64,000 nucleotides of DNA from positions 248,001 to 312,000 of the forward strand of contig NW_027596233.1 of the NCBI RefSeq assembly GCF_964194155.1, written 5' to 3'. Positions 37,976-50,400 of this stretch are shown piece by piece (the stretch's first letter is position 1; every line of letters begins with the position of its first letter). The position numbers and the translations under genes were made by a program. Origin of the DNA: Cetorhinus maximus. Lineage: Eukaryota. Below the pieces are notes generated by a model. That model did no database searches. It saw nothing but the letters and a program-made list of their open reading frames with translations, and was not told the DNA's origin.

Positions 37976-40014
37976 ATCCTTCCTTCCGCCTCTAGAGTCA
38001 ATTGAGTATTCTATTAGAGAAGAGAAAGTGCCGACGCTCGCCATTTTTCCAATTTACGCAGTGGGTGTGACTCACACGTTTGCCCATAAGTCCTGTGTGT
38101 GTGGTCCCCATTATTGTCCATAAGCTTGGGAGTTTTGTTTCCCCTTCCGTCTATAGCTCATCCGTCTGATTCACAGATTTTCCAATGAGCTGTTGAGCAT
38201 GATTCCGCATTCTTCCCTAAGAGTTAGACGTGCGTTTGATTCGCCAGCTTTGCAATGAGACCTGATTGTCTAATAACCTTTTTCAATTTTATCATAATAA
38301 TTTCCTCTATGAGGTAAACAGGCTCAATTCTCGAAAGCAACAACTTCGCCCCTGGTCCTTCGTGTTCTGCATAAAATGGGGGTTTCAGAACGAAATGCAA
38401 TGCTCCACTGCAGGCCAAAATTGTTTTGTACGGGATAAATTTAACAACTTAATTCTCTATCACATTGTTTCTAACTTTTTAAATCACTAATTCATCGTTA
38501 CGTCTGTTATATTCAACAACTTTTACACGTGCAATCCAGGGCCCTCCAGTTCATTTGCGCGTGTTTATTTATTTTTATTCATTTTGCCTTCTCCTCTACA
38601 AAATCACCTTTTCTTTTCCTACGAACGTTAATCATTACTCACAGCTCTGCATTAAATTCCAGTTGCCACTTGTCCAAATGTTACACGAGGCCGTCCGTGT
38701 CCCCCTCAAATATTGAAGATGTTGCTCACATTGGACAATACTACCGATATTGCGTCCTCTGCAAAATTCGAAATTTGCATCCCCTACATCCACGCTTAGG
38801 CATTAAAATATATTTAGGGAACCGACGCCCTCACACACAAATTAAGGGAACCACACTCTGCATTATCCTGTAATTCCAATAACAGATGTTCACCATTACT
38901 CTGTGTATCCCGCAACCAGCAGTCTTCGTATCCATGTGGATACTGTCACTGTTCTTCCAATCAGCTTCACCTTTGCTGGAAAGTCATTGTTATGAGAAGC
39001 TTCCTGTGAATTTGATTGTGCAACATCGCCAACCAACATCCAAATTGCAGAACGACAGGTAAAATCTCCGATATGAGGAAAAGGCATTTCGGGATAAAGT
39101 CTCACCCAGGCCCATATTTTCAATTGTATTAGCAACAGGTAATTGTTTCAGCAGCAGCACATGAGCATTTCTCATGAAATTTTGCCAGATTGTTAAGGAG
39201 CTCATACACATTGCTCTAAAGTTGAAACAATAGTGAATTTAAAGTTAGGTTATGGACATCCCAATGGGGATATCAACTGCGGAATGTCTTCGAGTGAATC
39301 TCCAGAACTCCCCGAGCAAAGAGCCTTATTTTCAACTGAACCAGCTTTATCCTGGATGTGGAAATAGTGGCACCTCCTCACTCGAGTATTCGGTCTGTAA
39401 CTGTTGCAGTGATAAAAGGGTTAGGCCATTTAATTGTTGGCGCGTCTGTTGAAACCTGTTCAAGCTCCCTAATGCCGAATGCAAAATGGTGAATGATTGT
39501 TGTAAAGTATTTTTTTTTAAATCTTTTGTTTAAAAAATAACACAGCAAGGCCAGACCCCTGTGAATCTGTTTAAGTAAGTACCTGCCAAGGGTTACAAAA
39601 GATATCTAATGGCCTATCAATCCATGTTGAGTTCTGCAATCTGAATTGTCATGTGACAACATCAGCTAGGATCACAGCAAACTCTAATCCCAATAACTAT
39701 TCACATGATTCCCACATCCCACGAATGAATTATAGCAAAAAGGACCATTAACTATATTCACTGGAGCCTGCTTGATCTCAAGGGAAGATCTGGGTGCTGC
39801 TGACATCAGATGGTGTATTTATGTACCTCGCCATGAACCCTCATGTCTGCCATCGCTGATAGCTGTGTCCCTCACCTGGGACAGCGAGTTCCGACCTGAA
39901 AAATGTTGCGATATAGGAACGGAATGTTATTTTATCACATTCACCTGCGAGCAGATCAGCCTCATCACTGATGGACAATCCGGACTCTGTCATCGTAACC
40001 CTTTTAATTGGAGG

Positions 40015-40080
40015 TGTGTGTGTGTGAGTGTGTTTGTGTGTATGTGTATGTGTGTGTGTGTGTGTGTGTGTTTGTATGTG
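40015..40080. repeat. (GT)n microsatellite, imperfect
   Basis: Directly visible. Confidence 0.9.
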
Positions 40081-41169
40081 TTGGGGTATGCTGGGAGTGC
40101 GTTTTGCGGGTTCGAGAAGGAGGGTTAAGAATCTCACTGATCCTTTCCAACAGTGTGAAGAAGGGCTAGAGTGTCCTCTTCAATGTTGAGGAGAGATTTA
40201 CAACACGTTGAGAGTTGAGCGGAAAATAATTATTGGCACAAAGCACAACAATGAGCATCTTCAATTCAACGCCAGCACAACAGTCCAGCTCTGCAACTGA
40301 TTTATTAATAAGTTATTTGAACGCTGCATTTGGATGTCAATTCAAAAATTCACTACAGGAAATCCGACTGAATTTTAACATGCCCTGGACAGAGCCTCCG
40401 TGTACTCTTGGGAATGCAGTGGGTGCGCTGAATGAATTTACTTCAGAAAGCCATTCAAAATAACAGCTTCACATGCCACGTGTAAATAATTTCTGAGACA
40501 CATCATTCCAAGCTGATTCTTCCATCCACCCAGACAGACCCTTTTGTTAATAGCGTAACACCATGAAGTGTTCACTGAAAATAAAGACGGGAATAAAATC
40601 GTGTAGCCATCTGTGATATTTGCCATCTGTGATCTGCAGCCATATGTGATAGTTAGGAGATTTCCAATAGACGGCACTGGTCTAAAAGATCACAGTTGGA
40701 ATAATGTCATTATACAAATTTGATTTATTCCATTGCACTTCAGTTAAGAATTAAAACATCTTATCATTTATATTTGCTCAGACACTCAACACCATTGAGT
40801 AACTATGAGCCACAGGTGGGGCAGTTTAGCTGGCAGCCATTGCAGCTATTTAGAAAACTCTTTCATTTGTACAACTCAATGCAGAATGAAGCAAGTTTAT
40901 CAAATTTGCCTCTGATGGCCTTAAAATCAATTGAATCCTTAGGGTGAAATGTTGTTTCCCTGTATTGGCCTCCAGGAGCTTCTATTTTGTCCTGTACTTT
41001 ATTTGAATTCTGTTGGCCTAACAGTACTTGAAGTGAAGATTTCCCCATTCTAAAAACTCATCATTTAATAAACGACTTCGAAGAGCGTCCTTCACTCTTC
41101 TGCAAGATTTGAATATTGAATTAATAAAAATATATACCTGAATGGGATTCCACATGCTGCAAGGAGCAA

Positions 41170-42110
41170 TGGAATTTGGAAACAAGAGGACTAGGTCATT
41201 CGGCCCGTTGAGCCTGCTCCAACATTAAACAAGATAATGGCGGATCATCTACATCAACACCTTTTCACAGTACCATACACAAACCCTTGCATTCTTTAAT
41301 AACAAGAAATTTATCGATTTCTGTTTTAAACATGCTCAATGACTCGAATATCACAGCCCACTGGCGTAGAGAATTCCAGAGATTCACCATCCTATAAGTG
41401 AGGGTACTCCTCCGCACCCCAGTCCAAAATGTTCTACCTCATACTCTGAGGCTGAGCCCTTACTCTCGAACACCTAAACCGGGGTAAGAATATTTACGTG
41501 TCTAACCGGCTGAGCAAGGTAAGAATTCTCTATGTTTCAATGAGATAATCTCTCACTCTTCTGCACTCTAGAGAACATAACTCTCAAAATCTCCCCATAG
41601 GGGATCAACCTGGTGAACTTTCCTTGCAATCCCTCGATGACACGTATGTACTTCCTTAGTTAAAGTGGCTAAAACTGTGCAAAATATCCTGCTGCTATCT
41701 CACCAATGTTTAATGCAATTGCAGCAAGCCATAGTTACTTGTGCAATCAAATTCACTTGCATGAAATACTAAGACACCATTTAAATTTCTAATTGCTTCC
41801 TTCAACTCATAGTTTATTAGTGACTGATGAAGTCAAATATGCAGCTCAACTTCCACATCAACACTCACAATTTATTAACTACCCTGCGTTTCTGATTGTC
41901 TAACCAAAGTGGATAACTTCACACATTCTTCCCAATTTTACTCAGTCCCATGCCTCCACTATTTTTTTTTTTAAATCAGGTACTAAGACCTTTGCAATAG
42001 GTTCTAACATTCTCCCTGATACTGATGTTAGGCTGACACATCCACAGAAATCTTTCACTCTCCATATTTTCTTTTAAATTGTGGTTACTTTTGCTCGTTT
42101 CCAACAGTTC
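41170..42110 (-). mobile_element. Decayed CR1 LINE 3' region
   Basis: Antisense CR1 hallmarks (cattcggcccgttgagcctgctcc, gtagagaattccagagattcacc, cctggtgaactt, aaactgtgcaaaatatcc) colinear with the CR1 at 30969-31700. Confidence 0.7.
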
Positions 42111-42444
42111 GGGATACATAACATCAAGAGCCATACTTTTGAAATTTTTGAAAAATTGAAGAACATTGAATTATTTGGACACTTTCTAGGGAATGTACCT
42201 GTTTAATTTAGAGGTTATAATTTCAGTTTGGACTGTGAGATAACTGCCTGTTCGAATGAGTTACATATCTTCAGCTAATTCCCCAGCGAGGCAACTGAGA
42301 GCTTACTTGAATTTACTTGAATTTTAATATCGGGATTAAAAAAATAACGTGTCCAGATGCTGCGTGCTCCTAGTCAATTTCTGGTATACATATTACTGGG
42401 AGCAGCCCCTTTGCTTTGAAATTGTGCTTTGTAACAGACCGCTC

Positions 42445-42640
42445 CCCCCACTGGAAATGTGAAATTCAAGGTGAACATTCCGGAAACCCCCAGAGGTTCA
42501 TTCCCAGCCCTGTAACATCACACTGCCCACGTTGGAAATTTGGAATTCAATGTGAAAAATCAGGAAACTCCCAGTGTTCCATCCCCTCCAGTGAAAGACC
42601 CATCCCCGCGCTTGAAATGAGAAATTACATGGAATAATTG
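42445..42640. repeat. ~80-bp direct repeat, about 2.4 copies, in the 3' UTR of GPCR copy 3
   Basis: ctggaaatgtgaaattcaaggtgaacattccggaaacccccag / ttggaaatttggaattcaatgtgaaaaatcaggaaactcccag / cttgaaatgagaaattacatggaa. Confidence 0.7.
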
Positions 42641-42669
42641 TGGAAATACTAATGTTTCGGATGGTCTAA

Positions 42670-43568
42670 TCATTGAACTAATTGAAGAATTTGAGTAAAG
42701 GGATATTTTAACATACTCCACAACTGTTCCCTGAACTTCGTCTGTGTCACAGCGTAAATCGCAGTGTTTGTACAGCAACTCAGGAGCTGCAGCATGAAAC
42801 CCAAATCCTGAACAAAATAGTGTAGATAGAGAGACTTGTAGCCAAGATCGTACATCCGGATCCATATAGAATAAACCATTAACGTTGCCCATAACAGTAT
42901 GAAATTGGCTGAGATCACAAACAGTAAAATGATCGATTTCCTTCGACTCTCCATCTCTGGGTCTCTGGGACACTTCCCACTGTTGTGAGCTTGGAGTCTC
43001 CGGCGGCTCCTGCTGGACACTAAAATGTACCTGCCGGTCAAAATATTGAGCAGCACAATCATCACAAATGGGATACACGGTGTTAGAATGTGATGGGTGA
43101 ACTCGATACTTCCCCAGAACGGTGAGGACAGAACTTCTTTTGTGTAACCACAAAACCAGGGGAAGTTTATGAGCCAATACTGACCTGTGAGCATAAAATA
43201 CCAGGAAATGTTCTTTGAACAGCTCAGCACAGTCACGGCGCCCAGAACCACAGCTGCCGTTTTTTCGCCGCAATATTTTCTTTTCAGCTTTGGGCAACAA
43301 ATGGCCACAAATCGATCAAAGGTGAAAGCAACAGTAAACCAGACGGAACAGTCAGTGGCTGCATAAAGCAGGACGGCGTGGATATTACACACGGGGATTG
43401 ATTGCAGGAAAACAAAATACTTATCAAACACAATTGGAATATGCCTCAAGTTCAGGTCCAGGATAATGATCAGTAGATCAGCCACTGCCATGGCCACCAG
43501 GTAACGGGTCACACAATCGGAAAGACCACAACTCTTGCGCTTGAGGATTATAATCGCCACTAGGTTCA
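42670..43568 (-). CDS. GPR139-like orphan GPCR copy 3, exon 2; spliced protein 371 aa
   Basis: Uninterrupted ORF: YLVAMAVADL, CSVWFTVAFTFDRFVAICC, PWFC, HHILTPCIP, DPEMESRRKSIILLF, GFMLQLLSCCTNTAIY, KFREQL. Acceptor ccctcctttgcag|TG AAC. Confidence 0.94.
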
Positions 43569-44599
43569 CTGCAAAGGAGGGAAATAAACAATGAGAATAT
43601 ACATCACACTGGTATCAAAGTTGCCAACAAGATCGAGGTGTTATTGAGATGTCTTACAGCAACCTCTAATGTTTTGAAATCAATGGCCCCGAAAGAAGGA
43701 AGAAGAAGGTCTGTGACACTGTGGAAGGGAGGATAGATTGAATAACAGATGAACAGAGGTGTAGGAGCAGGGGAGAAAGGCGTGGCGGGCGAGCCAGAAT
43801 TTTGGGGAGAAAAACTCAGGAGTGACAAGGGAGCTGGTGTTGACAGGGAGGAATCAATGGTGATGGTTGTGTAAATGACAGAGAAGAGGTATGTGATGAT
43901 CCCTCTTTGGTCCCAACCTATCTGCACAACGGAAGATTATGTAATACTGAGACAGAGAGTTTCCACACACCGCTCATGTAATTTCAAGATTTGTCACGTA
44001 ACATGCTTCCTTGTGAATAATAAAATCAAATGAAATGGTACACATTCATATATTACAAAGTCGGAAATGATAAAAAAACATAACGAACACTTGACATTCA
44101 AATTCGCAAACAAACGCATAAGAAAAATTATTTCCAGATATGTAACATGCAATTAGATTAATACGAGAGTATAACATACACAGGTAGATTATTAACAAAG
44201 CTTAAGCTGTTGATTGAAAGCGTTGCAGGCACGAAGGGTTCTCTACTCAGTGCTTCAAGATAAATGGAGTTTGGGAAAATCTGCCTTTTATTACACAGTG
44301 TGGTTGAGCCTTTGGTTTGAATAAATGCAATAACATGTAACACGCATTAGCCACTTTTACTGTCCGATTACCTTAAAACTGTCTCCCAAGGAATGTTATT
44401 TTGAAGTGTTTCTTTCATCATCAATAGTCTCCCTGTCCTTTGACCATGGTGTCGGATTCCCAATGTCCCACACATTGACATCCCCGTTGCGAACAACCTC
44501 AGAATACGATGTTATCGGAACTGGAGTCTTTGGAAGCGCATCCAGGCAACCTGTCAAAGTCAAAGGCATCCAGGGTATACCTTACCTGCACTGTCCTCC

Positions 44600-45700
44600 T
44601 CCTCCTGTGATGTTTCTCGGGTTCCTGGTGCCAAACACTATATCCTCATGATGGTGATGATATGAATGGAGCAGCAGAACATTGTTAAATTGACCACCTG
44701 CTCCAGCGTGTACCTGAGGGCTCAATCTGCACGGCTCCGGCATCCGAAGCATTGCTTCATCACACTCACGGCTTGATCCACGATGTTCAGGGCAGCTCCA
44801 TTGCTCCCACTATTCCGGAGTTGTGTTTACTTGCTTGGCTGACGTCAGGGGATATTGGGGGCGTGTTTTTTTGATCCATTTATCTGCGGGGCAGCCTTCA
44901 TCTCCGAAGAGCCACATTATGGTTCTCTAAGCAGAGCTGAATGTGTTGGAAATCGCCGAGTGCTTCAGAATGAAGTTATCGTGTCTGCAGCCAGGATATA
45001 GGATATTCACCAGCATGACGCACTGTGCATAGCCGCACATCAGCTGCACCTCAATGGACTGAGAAACCTTTCATATCACGTAACACTCCCCCTTCAAATG
45101 GAAAGACGACAGAGCCACGGACAAAACCGCGAATCCCGCTATCCTGTGAAACCATGGCACCACACTTTCTGCTTCTCCCTGTTGAGGTAGCAAACAGTGC
45201 AAACGCTTCTCCCAGCATTTATGTGCTTATGTTCCCTCCCAACCATTGGATACTTTGTTAGACAAAATACTGCGGGGGAAATGAATATGTCACCTGTTCC
45301 TGTTTGAATCTTTCCATGATCCTCTGACCTGAACGGCCATTGAATGCACCTCCTCACCCTGATGTGAGGCCCGAGCTCCTACTGAAAGAGGTGATACATA
45401 TATGCGGCCACCTCCTCGCTGCATCAGACTAACATCAGCCACTGCGCCTGTGTTAGTTGTTGATTTCTTAATGTTCCTGGAAAACCCGGGCTGCGTAGGG
45501 CAGGACACCCCTCCTCCTCCCCCATGTTCACAGATATTTCCTTCTATGTGGCATCTGCTACATTTGCTGGTCATTGTGCAGAACCAGATGCACAGCAACG
45601 GCAGCCCCCATGCCTCTTCCAGGCAAATCATTTTTCCTCCCTGATTGTACACAGCCCCTCACAACACAACCCAGGAACCATCCACAGAACCGCAATGAAC
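44600..45700 (-). mobile_element. PIF/Harbinger (HARBI1-like) transposase relic in the intron of copy 3
   Basis: Minus-strand relics IAGF.., KGF..EVQLMC, MLVNILYPGCRHDNFILKHS (PGSxHDxxIL) and NIVDQAVSVMKQCFGC...ALRYTLEQVVNLTMFCCSIH (xxExxxGxLKxRFRCL...ACCxLHN). Confidence 0.75.
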
Positions 45701-46473
45701 TTTCCAATGATATTAAACAGTTAAAACCGATCAGCCTTGTCCATTTAAATGACACTCCAGAGGGTTTCTAATATTGTTAAACACATATTTAGCTGGGAAT
45801 GGGTAACACAGGCTTTCAGTGGACAGATAAAAGCCGAGTTTGAAAGGCATGTGTCAAACCTGCGGGAACCCCCTGTCAATCATGGAGCACCAGGTCCTGG
45901 CAATGGGTTTAATTGGAGGAGTGAAGTTATTCAGTGATATAATCACAGAATTAGGATTATTTAAATTGAGAATCTTGCAGAACCAAGACCAATGTTGGTC
46001 CGTGAGCACAGGGATGATGGCGAAATGGGATTTTGTCTACGTTACCTTACAGAAGGCCGAGCTTTGGACGGGCAGTGGTTCTTGAAGGTTTGTAAATGGA
46101 ATTGTGGGGCCAGATTAACATTTGATTAGTCGAGTCTGGCTTTAACAAAGGCACAGCCGAGGGTTACTCTGCTGTTGGGCTGAGGCAGAGGCGATGGTGG
46201 TTGATGTAAAGGAGCTTGTAGGAGACACAATATAGAATGGAGAGGACCTGGGCTCGGAAATCAGATCAGTATTAAACGGAGCACGGAGGTTGGAGACAGT
46301 TTGGTTCAGGCTTATACAATGGCGCCAGAGGGGAGTGGAGACTCTTGATAGGGAAAACACTTTATGATGGTAACAGTTGAAAGTGTCTGCTGTGTTGCAG
46401 AAATGTGAAAAACAGTAACGGTAATGCAGTTAAATGTGGTTTAGGAAATGGATTGCTGAATGGAGCGTCTTAC

Positions 46474-46690
46474 CTGGGACACCAACAATGGATAGGATGG
46501 GATAGTAACCCACCTGAATCACCGCAAGAACACCATGGATCCAATCAGCTAACGATAGCCAATCTTGAGAAAGATAGTAAAGTCCTGAGGATAAACTCCT
46601 TTCCATTGTTGTCACATCCCAATATATTGTCCTCAGAATCTGATACATTGTTGTAACATTACAATCTATTGTTCTTAGATTCTGGTCCAT
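46474..46690 (-). CDS. GPR139-like orphan GPCR copy 3, exon 1
   Basis: MDQNLRTIDCNVTT...VIQVGYYPILSIVGVP then phase-1 donor CAG|GTAAGA. An in-frame TGA upstream makes 46690 the first usable ATG. Splices in frame to 43568. Confidence 0.9.
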
Positions 46691-46781
46691 TGTTGTAGCA
46701 TTACAATCTATTGTTCTCAGATTCTGATCTCTGCTCTCGCTCTCTCAGGCGCCTCTGATCCTTGTGACCGCTGGATGAGAT

Positions 46782-46900
46782 TCTCCCGCTAACGCTATGG
46801 GATAACACATTGTAATGAGCCCCGTATTAATAGAAGAGGGGTATCCTCCCGTGACACAATTAGCATCCTTAGAGACTGACATTAATTACAGACTGAACAA
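46782..46900 (-). promoter_or_regulatory. Putative promoter module of GPCR copy 3
   Basis: Colinear with 15081-15200. Contains TAATTAAT, cagTCTCTAAGGA, CTAATTG and TATA-like TATTAATACGGGG. Confidence 0.55.
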
Positions 46901-47499
46901 ATTGATTCAGTTTACTCCTTTCAATCCAAAAGTTATTATACCACTATAAGTTACAAAATTTACCTGGTCTGGATGGGGAGTATGCGGGTCGCTGAAAAAA
47001 GGAGCAATGCGAATAGTGGCCGGACTGACAACTATATGTAAATCCACCTTAGGGTGGTATCTGAGGGTTGGAAGGTTGTAAGTGATCCAAGCTGTTTATA
47101 ATAGCAGAGAGGGAGAAACCCTGGAACCACAATTCAGAATGGAGCTTTCCTTGATGAGCTATATTAAAAACTGTTCATTTTTAATGCGTGAAGGTTGCTC
47201 AGTCAAACAGATTCACAGGAGCCTGCTTTGCCTTTGTAACACAAAAATAATTGACAATAATCATGACCATATTACACTGGACAACAAAAGTCTTGGGAAG
47301 GTTTCAACACAGAAACACCGGAAGAATTGTTTCAAACTCTCGCTATCCCTTCTATCCTAGCAATCCATTTACAGGTCCAGGGCGGGCCCCAGCGAACAGG
47401 TACCAGGACTTTTGGGCAAGGATAAAGCTGGTTCCTTGGTCAATAAGTTAATTTTCCAGTGGGCAACTCAACATTCACTAGAAAGCCTTTCATAATTGG

Positions 47500-50400
47500 A
47501 CCACTCTGAACAAAGGGCACACAATGAGGACCGGGCCCACTCTGAAGAGAGGGCCCACACTGATCACATGTCCCATCCTGAAGACAAGGCCTTCTCTGAA
47601 CACATGGCCCCATCTGAACACAGGGCCAACCCTCACTCCAGGGCCCACCCTGAACACTGTCAAAACACTGAAAACAAAGCCCACTATGATCACAGTGCCC
47701 ACACTGAACACGGAGCCAACACTGAATAGAGAGCCCTAAAAGCACACAGAGCTCACAATGAACACAGAGCTCACTCTGAACGCAGAGCTCACTCTGAACA
47801 CAGAGCTCACTCTGAACACAGGGCCCGCCCTGAACACAGGGCCTGTTCTGAACTGGTTGCCTGCTCTGAACACGCAGAAAACACTGAATAAGGAGTCCAC
47901 ACTGAACACAGACCCCGCACTGAACAGAGAGCCCACACTGAACTCAGGGACCCCACTGAACACAGAGCCCACTCTGCACAAAGAGCCCACTCTAAACACA
48001 GGGCACACACTGAGCACAGGGCCCACTCTAAACACAGTGCCCAATCTGAATATTGAGCTCATACTGAACATGGAGCTCACACTGAACACGGTGCCCACAC
48101 CGAAGAAGGAGCTCACACTAAATACGGAGCTCACACTGATCACGGAACCCACTCTGAACACAGAGCCCACTCTGACCACGGAGCCCAAACTGAACACAGA
48201 GTCCACACTGAACACAGAGTCCACACTGAACACAGAGCCCACTCTGACCACGGATCCCAAACTGAACACAGAGTCCACACTGAACACAGAGCCCAAACTG
48301 AACACAGAGCCCACTCTGAACACAGAGCCCACTCTGAACACAGAGCCCAAACTGAACACAGAGCCCACTCTGAACACAGAGCCCAAACTGAACACAGAGC
48401 CCACTCTGAACACAGAGCCCAAACTGAACACAGAGCCCACTCTGAACACAGAGCCCACACTGAACACAGAGCCCAAACTGAACACAGAGCCCACTCTGAA
48501 CACAGAGCCCACACTGAACACAGAGCCCACTCTGACCACGGAGCCCAAACTGAACACAGAGCCCACTCTGACCACGGATCCCAAACTGAACACAGAGTCC
48601 ACACTGAACACAGAGCCCAAACTGAACACAGAGCCCACTCTGAACACAGAGCCCACTCTGAACACAGAGCCCAAACTGAACACAGAGCCCACTCTGAACA
48701 CAGAGCCCAAACTGAACACAGAGCCCACTCTGAACACAGAGCCCAAACTGAACACAGAGCCCACTCTGAACACAGAGCCCACACTGAACACAGAGCCCAA
48801 ACTGAACACAGAGCCCACTCTGAACACAGAGCCCACACTGAACACAGAGCCCAAACTGAACACGGAGCCCACTCTGAACACAGAGCCCACTCTGAACACA
48901 GAGCCCACTCTGACCACGGAGCCCAAACTGAACACAGAGTCCACACTGAACACGGAGCCCAAACTGAACACAGAGCCCTCTCTGACCACAGAGCCCAAAC
49001 TGAACACAGAGTCCACACTGAACACTGAGCCCAATCTGATCACAGGGCCCACTCTGAACACAGAGCCCACACTGAACACAGGGCCCAACCTGAACACCGA
49101 ACCCACACTGATCACAGGGCCCACTCTGAACACAGGGCCCACACTGAACACAAGTCACACTGTGAATAATAGCGCCCTCTGAACGCAGGGCCCACTATGT
49201 ACAGAGGGCGCACAATGAACCCAGGGTTCACACTGAACACAAAGCTCACACTGCACACAGGGCCCGCACTGAACAAAGGGCTGGCACTGAACTCAGGGCC
49301 CGCAATGTACGCAGGGCCAGCTCTGAATACTGGACACACTCTGAACACAGGGCCCACGCTTAAAACAGCGCCCAGACTGAACTCAGGGCCCACCATGAAC
49401 CCAGGGCCCACACAGACCCCAGGGCCCACACTGAACACTGAACAGGGAGTTCACACTGATCCCGGAGCCCACTCAGAACACAGGGCCCTCAGTGAACACA
49501 GAGACCAGACTGAACACAAAGGCCCGCACTGAACACAGAGCACACACTGAATCAGAAAGCCGAATGTGAACACAGTGAATACTCTGAACACAGGGTCCAT
49601 ACTGAACCCCAGGCACACTCTGAACACAGGGCCCAAACTGAAAGCAGGGCCCACTGTGGAGACAGGGCCTTCTCTGAACTCAGGTTCCAATCTGAACACA
49701 GGTCACACTCATAACACCGGCCGACTCGGAACACAGGGCCCACACTGACTCCAGTGCCCACACTGAACGCTGACAAACACTGAACACAGAGCTCACCATG
49801 AATACAGAGCCCATACTGAACACAGAACCAACACTGTACACAGAGACCTAATTACACACACAACCCACACTTAACACTGAGCTCATCCTGCACACAGACC
49901 CACACTGAACATAGAAACCACACTGAAGAGAGAGCCCACACTGAACACAGTGGCCACAATTAAGCTAGTGCGCAATCTGAACAGACGGCCCAAACTAAAC
50001 AAAAAGTTCATGCCGAATTCCGGGCCTACACTAAACACAGGGCACAATCTGATCACAGGGACCACTATCAACACAGGGCCCACACTGATTCCAGGGACCA
50101 CACTGAAAGCTGACCACACACTGAACACAGAGACCGCTAAGAATACGGAGCCCTCACTGAACACAGAGCCAACACTGAACAAAGAGCCCTCACTGGACAC
50201 AGAGCTCACAATGAACACTGAGCCCATTCTAGACACAATGCCCACATTGAACAAAGGGCCTGCTCTGAACACAGGGCCATCTCTGAAAACAGGGCCAGCA
50301 CTGAAGACAAAACTCCAAACTGAACACCGAGCCCAGACAGAGAACAGGCACCAGACTGAACACAGAGTGCACAGTGAACAGAGAACTCAAAACGGAACAA

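Noticed and set aside
40438-40677. Minus-strand acceptor ttattttcag|TGAAC and 'GNLLTI', reminiscent of the receptor exon 2 start (possible 5' part of copy 4)
   Set aside because: Downstream translation does not align to TM1-TM3 in any frame, and it is 2.6 kb from the remnant.
42560-43300. 246-aa overlapping ORF on the minus strand, and the 27822-28154 antisense ORF
   Set aside because: Alternative-frame shadows of the GPCR exons with no recognisable features.
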